A stretch of 64,000 nucleotides of DNA from Paragordius varius (Eukaryota; Animalia; Nematomorpha): positions 12,586,001 through 12,650,000 of the forward strand of contig OZ176051.1 of assembly GCA_964247055.1 (NCBI GenBank), read 5' to 3'. A program made the translations under genes and the position numbers. Below the pieces are notes generated by a model, which worked only from the letters and a program-made list of their open reading frames with translations, ran no database searches and was not told the DNA's origin. Shown piece by piece: positions 12,937 through 22,278 of this stretch. Every line of letters starts with the position of its first letter. Position 1 is the stretch's first letter.

Positions 12937-13923
12937 GATGACTATCCGGATCATGGTTCATGGGTTTATTTACAAATAATTTAAAAAGATTTTACCGATT
13001 TGTGGATATTGTTTAAAATCAAAATTCACATGGGCGCAAAAAAATGTGTTTGACTCAAACCGGAACAGATTTTTGTGAAAAGACCACTCAATATTTTAAA
13101 TTTATTGAGAAACGAATCATTTAATCAAAAATTATAGGTGATAGAAAAAATCTGATGAAAAATATATATAATATAAAGCAGTGGTACTCACCAAAAAAAT
13201 TTGACGGGTCAAATAAAATATATTTTTTTTTCGAGGGCCATGAACCTTATAATGGCAAATAATCTATAGTTATTTGACACATATGCACTTATTTATACTC
13301 TAAATTAGCACAATGGTTTTTGCGGATAGCATGTAAATCCAGCTAAAAACTCGTTTTGCACCATTTAGTTTAAAAAATTAAAATATTTCGATAACAACAG
13401 TTATTTGGACATTAACCAATAATTTTTGACAAATTTGGTTTCGCCTCATGACAGGCCAATACAAAGTCGTCCATATGATCATCGGTTAAGCGATTTCTGT
13501 ATGTATTCTTTACATACTTCATTTTTGAATATGCCCTCTCACACGTGTAAGTTGAGGGAAAAACAGTTTGGATAACTTGAGCACATTTTTATATTTTCAT
13601 ATTTATTTAATACATCTTGCCAAAACTCCTTCCCTACGATTTTCCTTGAAAGCCCCAAATTAAAATCATTTAATATACGAATTCTTCAATGAAATGCGCC
13701 TGATCATGCTCAAGTTGCTTAATATTGGATATATCCATATGCCATGTATTTTCAACTAGTTTTAAGCAATTTTTAATATTTCTTTTGAAATCTGAAATTC
13801 ATTTCATTAAATAAAAATGTTAAATGATTGTCTATTATTAAATTAACCGCGGTAAATTCCATATTTTCACGATGAATCGTTTTAAGTGTTGGAAAATATA
13901 GGAGTGTTTTATTTTTAAAATCT

Positions 13924-13962
<39 letters not shown>

Positions 13963-15544
13963 TTTTCTTCATAAGCAAATATATTAGCAAATTGGGTTAT
14001 TATTTTGGTCCCTTGAACTTGTATTAAAAATACTAAGTTTATGAGTAATGACGCAAAGGTCTAATAAAACCGTCCATTTATCCCTATTAATTTCATCGTT
14101 AAACCTTCTGCTATCTTTTAAAAATAATAGAATTTCATGTCTTAAAACAGAAAATCTTTTTAATACTTTGCTAAGGCTTAGCCATCTCACAGCGGTGTAC
14201 AGAAGAATATCATCTAACTCACTGTGGATATATTTCAAAAGGTTTTTGAAACAGCGGTTGAATTCTTTGCAACGGATGTGGTTAACATACACACAACCGT
14301 TTTAATAACTGAATGAAGTGATTTATCTTTTAAACAACGCAGTGAAGGGATAAAATATTTTGCAAATTATTTGTTTTTCAAAAGAGGAATAAATCCTTTT
14401 ATTCCAATCGTTGAGGGACAGCTATTTGTGCAGATCGAAACCAATTTTTTCATAGATGTACCATTATTATCGAAAAAAGTGCTAATTATTTCGTGAAAAC
14501 TTCCTTTCGTGGTATTATTCATTGGTAAATATTTTAAATATTCCTCGTTGATTATGTTGTCGTTACAAAATCGTACGAATAGCTCACATTGAGGTGTTGA
14601 ACTAATATCAGTGCTAGAATCAAGAGCAATGCTAAAATATTGCAGTTCAGAGCCAATAATATATTGTTAAAAATATATTTAGACATATCTTCAATGCGTC
14701 GATTGAATCAGAAAGTAATTAATTTGCCTCATGATTTGATCTTTATTATGTAATTTATCAAATAAAAAAGTGCAACCATTTATTAGACATTCTTTTGTTA
14801 GTTGGAAATGGTTATATATTTTTTCCTAAATAGCAAATTTCATACGAAGCTAATGTTAAAGCTTTTTCCTGGGAAAAAGCCATGAACATAATAGATTTTT
14901 CTTTCTGGTATAATTCTTTAATCTTTTTGTATTTTTTGGTTTTCAGCAATCTGTTAATCTATGAGAAATTTGGATTTTAAAATGACTTTCAATATTGTAT
15001 TTTTTTATAATTATGTTGTCCTTACATATAAGGCAGGTAATAACCTTATAATTTTAACAGTTTTCTTTTTATTATGTATTAAAAACACGCGCGCGCGTTC
15101 GACCCATCTGACGCAACTTCAAAAACGAAAAATTCTTAATAAATTTTATATTATGTCTATTGTTATCTATTTATCTTCAAAGTTTATTCTATCTTTTATC
15201 ACTTATCCTATACTTTAAATTTTGTTATAACATACCTATTCCCATTTTTGTTTTTGGACGTAGGACTTACCGTTGGCCTTTTCCTATAATTTGCCTATTA
15301 ATATTCTCCTAAAATATATAGATTGTATTCTTGGATAAGTATTGTAGCACTATTTTATTTAATTTTTTACTATGACACATAAAATAACCCTTGATTTATA
15401 TTGTTTTATACATAAATTTTGCTTTAAATTTATTGCGAAATATAATTTCCGTTTTTACCTATAGCCTAGGTTTTTTTTAACATCTATCAATTTTCATAAT
15501 TGACACTTCAATTTTATTTTTATTTGTTTGTTTAAAGCTGTCAA

Positions 15545-17422
15545 ATGAATATTGATGTGTATAGTAATAACCGGTCAGGCCTGGCCAGCCGCGGTTTTGG
15601 TGTTGTGGCCAATAATTCAAAGAGAATGCAAAGAAAAAAGAGATGCCTGTGTTTTGCTAGTTTAAATGTTGGTTCATTGAAAAGTAAGTTAAATGATATT
15701 GAGAGAATAATGAAAGTTAAACATATTGATATTTTGGCATTACAAGAGACTTGTTACCGCGGAAACGGAGCAAGGACTTTGGAAGAGAATAATTATCGAC
15801 TATATTACTCAGGTGAAAGTGGCGGACGAAATGGAGTGGCAGTTATCATTAATCCCAAATTGTCTAATCAGGTTAAAGAGGTTAGACGCTATAACAGCCG
15901 AATCATGAATTTAGATATTTTGGTAGGTAACGAGGTCATAACGGTATTTAGCATATATGCCCCGCAAATAGGTTTACCCAAACAAGAAAAGGAGCAATTT
16001 TACGAGACTTTAGATGAAAAAATAGTCGCTCTCCCTCAGCTCAGAGTCAAGTTTTTATGTGGGGATTTTAATGGTCATCTTGGTTCAAAAAGGGAATCTT
16101 TTGAAATATGGCACGGGGGACATTCTTATGGAGAAAGAAACGAGGAAGGAATTAATTTGCTCAGATTCACAATCTCAAAATTTGACGATAGCGAACACGT
16201 TTTTCGAAAAAAGAGAGAGTCATTTAGTAACTTACAAAAGTGTCATAAACAAATCACAAATAGATTTTATACTAGTCCCAAGAGACTTATTGAAGCTTGT
16301 AATAGACTGTGAGGTCGTGCCAAACTTAGAGGTTAGTTCGCAACATAATTTACTTATTTGTAAATTTTTCGTGAAAGAAAAGTCTAAACAAAGTGGTTCT
16401 TATTCAAAGAGATTAAAAAGTATAAAGTGGGAGAAATTATCCGAAAAAAGGCAGGCTTTTATAAAAGAAATACGGTTATCCGAGGATGGTGGGTTGAATG
16501 GTGATTGGGATAAAGTAAGTCAGTTAATCAAAAAGGCAGGAACTCTAGTTTGTGGATTAAAAGGCGGAAAGTCTCAAGTATACAGAGAGGCTTGGCTTTA
16601 CGATGAAAGAATAATATTGATGTCACGAGAAAAAGGTAAGGCTTTTGACAAATGGAGACATACAAGGAATGATGATGATAGAGATAAGTATAAAAGTTTA
16701 AACAAGGAATTGAAAAATTAGTCGGCCATGTTAAGAAAGAAAAGATGAATTTATTTTATGATGAGTTAAATAGTAAGCAGGGTTTAAACAAAGTGTATAA
16801 AGTTGCGCAGCAAAGGAATAAACGCAGGATGGATTTGCCAGGTTATGTGACTGCAATAAAAGGAAAAGATGGAAGCTTGTTGTGCGAAAATGTAGAAATA
16901 TTGAAAGATGGAAAGAGTAATTTGTGAGTTTAGATGAAGGGGTAGGCGAGATATTTTTGCCAAATACAGTTGAAGCTACTGATAGACCAATAGAAGCAAT
17001 TACACAAAAGGAAGTAGAATCCAATTTGTTAGAAATGCCAAACAACAAAGCTGTAGGATCGGACGACATAAATATAAATTGTTGGAAAGTGCTTGGAAAC
17101 TCTGGTTTAAATTTTTTCGAGCGTGTATTTAATAAAGTTGTTTCAACGTATGAAATCCCGGTTGAATGGAAGGAAAGTTTAACTGTGACTTTTTTTAAAG
17201 GAAAAGGTGATATAAATGACTGTAGTAACTATAGAGGGATAAAACTTATGTCGCACACTATGAAATTGTTTGAAAAAATAATTGAAAAGCGAATCAGGAA
17301 TATGATATCTATAGAAGGAAATCAATTTGGTTTCATGCCAGGAAAGTCAACAGTATATACACATTGAAAAAAAGAAAGAATTACACGGGGTTTTAATTGA
17401 TATAGAGAAGGCGTTTGACAGG
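15545..17422 (+). pseudogene. RTE ORF, 5' part: APE endonuclease and RT N-terminus, frameshifted
   Basis: SLNVGSL, LALQET, GVAV, IYAPQ and GDFNGH (APE motifs); KGKGD..DCSNYRGIKLMSHTMKLFEKII and QFGFMPGKST (RT). Split across track ORFs 15545, 16059, 16745 and 16924. Confidence 0.92.
17418..17422. repeat. 5-bp target-site duplication ACAGG, left copy (right copy 21261-21265)
   Basis: The uninterrupted paralogous LINE reads GCGTTTAACAGGATTCC at 8231-8247 with a single ACAGG. Confidence 0.96.
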
Positions 17423-17725
17423 TGACAAATAGTTAATATAAATTATAAAGGATATATTTATTTATTTAGTATAACATCAAAATCGAATAATATAATATAA
17501 TGTGTTCTGTGTGTTACAATGATTCCTTATATACATTAGGAAATTTGGTTATTGCATTGGATAAAGTTGTGTGGTTTAAACGTTGTTAAAGATAATAAGT
17601 ATAAATAAAATAATTTGCATTCACAACCAAGGTAATATATATATTTTAAGCGTAACAAGGACCAAAGTATATTATGCACTAAAAAAGAGAAGGATAATTT
17701 GCGTATGATGATAACCCTATTAACA
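17423..17725 (-). repeat. 3' LTR (303 bp)
   Basis: Identical by eye to 20953-21260 except that it lacks 5 bp (CACAA on + strand). AATAAA on the minus strand at 17457-17466. Confidence 0.96.
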
Positions 17726-17727
17726 TA

Positions 17728-17738
17728 CCTTCTTCCTT
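17728..17738 (-). promoter_or_regulatory. Polypurine tract AAGGAAGAAGG
   Basis: Lies between the pol stop codon and the TG of the 3' LTR, 2 nt from the LTR. Confidence 0.85.
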
Positions 17739-20160
17739 AAGCTTGATATCGGTCGGGTGGCTTTCGGGATCTAATCGGGTACCGGCGAGTTGTGGTAGGA
17801 GAAGTGTCACTTGTTTGCACGGGAGTATTCTCACTTGAAGGCGCACTTTCTGATTCCGGATTCTCCTCGATGTTTTCAGGGGTTCTTATTTCATGTTCCG
17901 TGGGATGTTTTCGGAGGTTATTATCATTGTTGTTTAAGTTGTTGGTTAAGTTTTTAGTCTTTTCCTCACTGTTATTATTATTGTTGTTTAAGTTGTTGTT
18001 TAAGTTTTTAGTCTTTTCCTCACTTCTCCCGTCTTCTCCTTCGGCCGACCAATCCATGCGATTCCTTAATTGATCAGCATGTTTGCGGATAATTTTGCCA
18101 TTGTCGTTGACATTGTACGATAACCATCCCGTTCTGTCGACGATTTGTCCCTCCCTCCAACCAGAACACAACTCATTCTTGATATATACTTTTTGCCCCT
18201 TTTCAAACTCCTGCGGAATGTCGGGAGTATCCATGAATTCGTTGGGTTTCGTTTTCATCCATGTTAATGGGCTTTGCATAGTTCTTTTTAAAAACAAATG
18301 CGCGGGGGTCTCCTTCGTAGAACTGTGATGCGTGTTTCGGTAAGCCCATAAGATTTGGTTTAATCTTCGTACTGGGTCTGCGGAAAGGTCTGCGGAAAGT
18401 GGGGTTGACATTGAATAATGATTTTTTAGAGTGTAAATTACCCTCTCTACCAACCCATTTGTTCGGGGGTGGTAGGGAGCTGATGTTACGTGTTTTATAT
18501 TAGAGGAAGCTAAAGTTCTCTCAAACTCCCCCGATTTAAAATAAGAGCCGTTATCAGTAACCACCACTTTTGGGTACCCATACCGGCAAAAACAGGTTTC
18601 TAAAAACTTAAGGATATTACCGGTATTCACAGAACGTAACGTTTCTACCTCCACCCAGCGGGTGCAATGATCAATTAGTACCACCCAGTATAAATTGTCA
18701 ATGGGTCCAGCGATATCTAGGTGGAGCCGTTCCCATATGGTTGTATTCTCGTTCCATTGATAGGTGGGATTTTCGGGTACATTTGGGCGCAGCCTTTGAC
18801 AGTTTTGGCAACTACGCACCCATTTATCGATATCTTGGCTCAACCCGGGCCAATAAACCTTTTCACGGCTTAATAGTTTCATGGCTTGTATTCCCGGATG
18901 GCCACTATGCAGGTATCTTAAAATATCTGGCTTAATTTTGTTCGGGATTATTACCCGATCTCCCACAAATAATAGACCGTATGCATCCTCAATTTCATTT
19001 TTTATTGCTATGAAAGGCTTGACCAGGGGGTCCGTCCAATTATTAGACCTTAGGGCTACTTTTAACTTTGCTATAGTAGGATCCTTCATAGACTCTTGAT
19101 AGATAATTTCTCTATTTAAATTTAATTCGTTGGACCAAATCAAATGAACATTGCTACTTTCATCATCTTTCTCAAACGCCATCGGCTCCTGGTTTTCAAT
19201 GGGGAGTCTCGATAGGCAGTCAGCTATGTTTTCTGTACCAGGGTGATATTCTATGTTAAAATCGAATACCGATGTTCTAGTTATCCAGCGTACTAGTTTA
19301 CAATTATTAATTTTACTTATATCTCTTTGAGGCCCAAATAGTTTCACTAAAGGTTTGTGGTCCGTTTGTATTATAAATTTCCTGCCATACAAAAAGGTTT
19401 TAAACTTCTCTAACGCTATTAGGATAGATTTTGCTTCTCGCTCAATTACTGAATAGTTTCCTTCAGCCTGAGAGCATTTTTTTGACGTGTAGGCGATCGG
19501 GCGATTACCCGCTGTTGTTCTATGTGATAAAATAGCACCGTATCCCGACATTGACGCGTCGGTTTCCAAGACTATAGGTAGTTTGGGATTATACGGATGC
19601 AAGGAACTACTCTGGCAGATCAAGTCTTTAGCTTTTTTGAATATCGAATCATGCGTTAGAGACCAACACCATTTTTGTTTGTTGCCTGCTAATTTATGTA
19701 GTTCTCCCATTAAAATGCTTAGGGAAGGGATGAATTTTGCATGAAAATTAAGTAAACCCAAAAATGATCTAAGAGTGGTTTTGTTGGTCGGGGTCGGGCA
19801 CTCTCGGATGGCTTTAATTTTGTTTGGGGAGGGCTTAATGCAATTTTCAGAAATAATGTGACCAAGATATTCTACAGATGGTTGAAAAAGTTTTATTTTA
19901 TCTTTGCGCAATTTTAATCCCATTGTCTCCAATTTGGTAAATACCTTTATTAGGTTGTCCTTATGCTTTGTCTCGGTTTCTCCTGTCACGATAACGTCAT
20001 CTAAATAAACGGCTGTACCTGCGCAATCTTTTAATAACTCGTCCATTATTTGTTGAAAGAAACTTGGGGCGCAATTCAACCCGAAAGGCAATCGTTTATA
20101 CTTATAAAACCCCTTATGTGTCGAAATTGTTAGTAAGTGCTGACTATCTGGGTCTACCAG
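17737..20160 (-). CDS. pol: Gypsy pol lacking its N-terminus: RT C-half, RNase H, integrase
   Basis: No stops from the junction (~20160; LVDPDSQHLLTISTHKGFYKYKRLPFG) to 17737. YLDD present. RNase H motifs LETDAS, EREA, TDHKPL, ADCLSR. HHCC zinc finger; RLHLD / TDNG / NGLVER with D-35-E spacing. The track start at 20091 is TTG; the first ATG is at 20046. The upstream RT motif with the first catalytic Asp is absent. Confidence 0.94.
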   Translation of the reverse strand: MVDPDSQHLLTISTHKGFYKYKRLPFGLNCAPSFFQQIMDELLKDCAGTAVYLDDVIVTGETETKHKDNLIKVFTKLETMGLKLRKDKIKLFQPSVEYLGHIISENCIKPSPNKIKAIRECPTPTNKTTLRSFLGLLNFHAKFIPSLSILMGELHKLAGNKQKWCWSLTHDSIFKKAKDLICQSSSLHPYNPKLPIVLETDASMSGYGAILSHRTTAGNRPIAYTSKKCSQAEGNYSVIEREAKSILIALEKFKTFLYGRKFIIQTDHKPLVKLFGPQRDISKINNCKLVRWITRTSVFDFNIEYHPGTENIADCLSRLPIENQEPMAFEKDDESSNVHLIWSNELNLNREIIYQESMKDPTIAKLKVALRSNNWTDPLVKPFIAIKNEIEDAYGLLFVGDRVIIPNKIKPDILRYLHSGHPGIQAMKLLSREKVYWPGLSQDIDKWVRSCQNCQRLRPNVPENPTYQWNENTTIWERLHLDIAGPIDNLYWVVLIDHCTRWVEVETLRSVNTGNILKFLETCFCRYGYPKVVVTDNGSYFKSGEFERTLASSNIKHVTSAPYHPRTNGLVERVIYTLKNHYSMSTPLSADLSADPVRRLNQILWAYRNTHHSSTKETPAHLFLKRTMQSPLTWMKTKPNEFMDTPDIPQEFEKGQKVYIKNELCSGWREGQIVDRTGWLSYNVNDNGKIIRKHADQLRNRMDWSAEGEDGRSEEKTKNLNNNLNNNNNNSEEKTKNLTNNLNNNDNNLRKHPTEHEIRTPENIEENPESESAPSSENTPVQTSDTSPTTTRRYPIRSRKPPDRYQA
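17917..18024. repeat. 54-bp tandem duplication (18 aa, Asn-rich) in the integrase tail
   Basis: SEEKTKNLNNNLNNNNNN / SEEKTKNLTNNLNNNDNN; two nucleotide mismatches. Confidence 0.9.
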
Positions 20161-20942
20161 GGTATGATAGTTTTTTCCCTTTGTTTCACATCACTGGCAT
20201 AACAAATCTTAGGTGCTTCCAAAACACGGCCTTGTAATTCAATCAATTTATCATCGACACTAATGCCAAAAGCTTTCATCACTGGGTCTTGATTAAATTT
20301 TGCATCATGAATCTTTCCCATAATTGAGCGTTCACGTTCAGGAGCCGGTATAGCAGTGTGCCGTATCATATTGGCAACCATGGTATCTGTCACTCGATTT
20401 TTCTTTTGTCCGGCTTTAAGTTCACAAACCTCAAAAGGCAAATAAACTTGTTTTTGTAGACTACCGACTCTCAGACAAGGCAAATTGGGATATTGTAAGC
20501 TTTTATTGTATTGCAACTTGAAATATTCGGCAACAGATACCTTCGTTTCTTTTCCATCGCGAGACATGGTAAACATTTGTTGAGCCGCTGATAAATTTGA
20601 TATTTCTCGTATAACATAAGTCCTTTGAATATGACCTTGATGTGTAACTCTAACTTTAAGGTTTTTCAATTCTTTCTGCAACATAGATTTTTGATGCGGA
20701 CTCAAACTATTGATTTGACGTAGATTCAAAAATTCTTGAGCAAAATTAACGATTGAAATTTGTTTGTAGAAAGCGGTGGCAGCCAAATCAATGTTTAAAG
20801 TCATTTTCCATTGGGTTGGTCTAGCGCTCTGAAAACGACCCATCCATAATTCACATCCTTCAAACAGATTTGGCGGATTGGTTGGATAAGGATATAGCGA
20901 ACGACCAACAGGGACATATCTTAGAGAAGGTGTGTGCTTCAT
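20154..20942 (-). CDS. AGO: Argonaute (AGO-clade) fragment, 262 aa: L1/DUF1785, PAZ and L2 linker; no MID or PIWI domain
   Basis: Colinear with animal AGO proteins as recalled: MKHTPSLRYVPVGRS (cf. human AGO2 MRHLPSMRYTPVGRS), WKMTLNIDLAATAFYK (WKMMLNIDVSATAFYK), VAEYFK..Y...LQYPNLPCLRVG...YLPFEVC (PAZ), MIRHTA..APER, FNQDP..KAFGI, GRVLEAPKI. Intronless, no stops. Confidence 0.95.
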   Translation of the reverse strand: MKHTPSLRYVPVGRSLYPYPTNPPNLFEGCELWMGRFQSARPTQWKMTLNIDLAATAFYKQISIVNFAQEFLNLRQINSLSPHQKSMLQKELKNLKVRVTHQGHIQRTYVIREISNLSAAQQMFTMSRDGKETKVSVAEYFKLQYNKSLQYPNLPCLRVGSLQKQVYLPFEVCELKAGQKKNRVTDTMVANMIRHTAIPAPERERSIMGKIHDAKFNQDPVMKAFGISVDDKLIELQGRVLEAPKICYASDVKQREKTIIPW

Positions 20943-20950
20943 CCGCGCCA
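20940..20950 (-). promoter_or_regulatory. Primer-binding site TGGCGCGGATG, overlapping the Argonaute ATG
   Basis: Starts 2 nt inside the 5' LTR end with TGG, complementary to tRNA CCA. The priming tRNA was not identified. Confidence 0.75.
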
Positions 20951-20952
20951 GT

Positions 20953-21260
20953 TGACAAATAGTTAATATAAATTATAAAGGATATATTTATTTATTTAGT
21001 ATAACATCAAAATCGAATAATATAATATAATGTGTTCTGTGTGTTACAATGATTCCTTATATACATTAGGAAATTTGGTTATTGCATTCACAAGGATAAA
21101 GTTGTGTGGTTTAAACGTTGTTAAAGATAATAAGTATAAATAAAATAATTTGCATTCACAACCAAGGTAATATATATATTTTAAGCGTAACAAGGACCAA
21201 AGTATATTATGCACTAAAAAAGAGAAGGATAATTTGCGTATGATGATAACCCTATTAACA
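20953..21260 (-). repeat. 5' LTR (308 bp)
   Basis: TGTTAAT...TTTGTCA on the minus strand. TATATAA at 21063-21057; AATAAA at 20987-20996. Confidence 0.96.
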
Positions 21261-21265
21261 ACAGG

Positions 21266-22278
21266 ATTCCTAGAAAAACTATTTGGTGGAGTCTCCGTCG
21301 TAAAAAGGTGCCAGAAAGTTATATTAAGTTATTACAAATAATGTACGAATCACACACCTCCAGGATTAAAACTCCATAAGGTTTATCAGAGCCCTTTTCA
21401 ATAAAGCATGGAGTCTACCAAGGCTCATCACTCAGCCCCTTATTGTTTATAATTTGTATGGACGAGGTAGCCAAGGTTGTTAATGTGAGTTCAGGATGGT
21501 ACTTAATGTATGCAGATGACATAATCATCTTGTCTGATTCATTAATTGAGTTGAAGCGAACGGTAAACAGATGGGTTGTTATGCTGGATCAACATGGTCT
21601 GAAAGTAAACAAAGCAAAAACCGAACTTATTACTTTTGGGGGTCCACAACATGAAATGGTAGTTGATGATAGTTGGGTTCTGAAGGGTAAAGAAAGTTGC
21701 AAATATCTGGGAGCTATGTTAAGTGCAGATGGTTCGTTGACTGATGATATTAATTTAAGAATAAAGAGCAGCTGGGTAAATTGGAAGAAAATTTCGAGCG
21801 TATTATGCGATCGAAATATTGATGTTAGAGTGAAAGGTAAGATTTACAGTTCAGTTGTCCATCCCTCAATGATGTATAATTCACAGACGTGGGGTGTCAA
21901 AAAATCCGAAGAAAGACATTTTAACGTGACTGAAATGAAAATGCTCAGAATGATGTGTGGGTAACAAGAAAGGACAGAATCGAGAATAGATTTATTCGTG
22001 GGAGCACAGATATTAAATCAATAGTGGAAAGAATGTCAAAAAATAGGCTACGTTGGTTCGGGCACATTGAAAGGAGAGATTCTAATTATATTGCAAAAAT
22101 AATAGATGGTTATATAGTTGAGGGAAAACGAGGACGTGGGCGGCCTAAAACGAAATGGATAGATACAGTAAAAAGAGAGCTAGCAAAATACGAGCTTAAT
22201 GCAGAGGACGCCATAGATAGAGTTTTATGCCGAGACAGGTTGTATAACATGACCGCTCTCACGACTGAAAACATGTAA
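21266..22278 (+). pseudogene. RTE ORF, 3' part: RT core and C-terminus
   Basis: GVYQGSSLSP, YLMYADD, KYLG and RLRWFGHIERR...GKRGRGRPKTKWID. Frameshift near 21960. Confidence 0.92.

Larger units (their letters stand above)
17423..21260 (-). mobile_element. Young non-autonomous Ty3/gypsy LTR retrotransposon carrying a captured Argonaute fragment
   Basis: Paired TG...CA LTRs, ACAGG TSD, PBS, PPT, and an RT(C-half)-RNase H-integrase ORF in gypsy order. An Argonaute L1-PAZ-L2 ORF occupies the gag/protease position. Confidence 0.96.

Noticed and set aside
17792-19099. Plus-strand ORFs at 17792, 18083, 18741 and 18881
   Set aside because: Antisense shadows of the open pol frame with no independent motifs.
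20154-20942. A functional host Argonaute gene, a PIWI-clade gene or a prokaryotic Argonaute system
   Set aside because: The fragment is bounded by the PBS and the RT junction; no MID or PIWI sequence is present in the window; the motifs are eukaryotic AGO-clade.
20154-20942. A divergent gag or env ORF
   Set aside because: No CCHC knuckle, capsid-like, signal-peptide or transmembrane features; similarity to Argonaute runs along the whole ORF.
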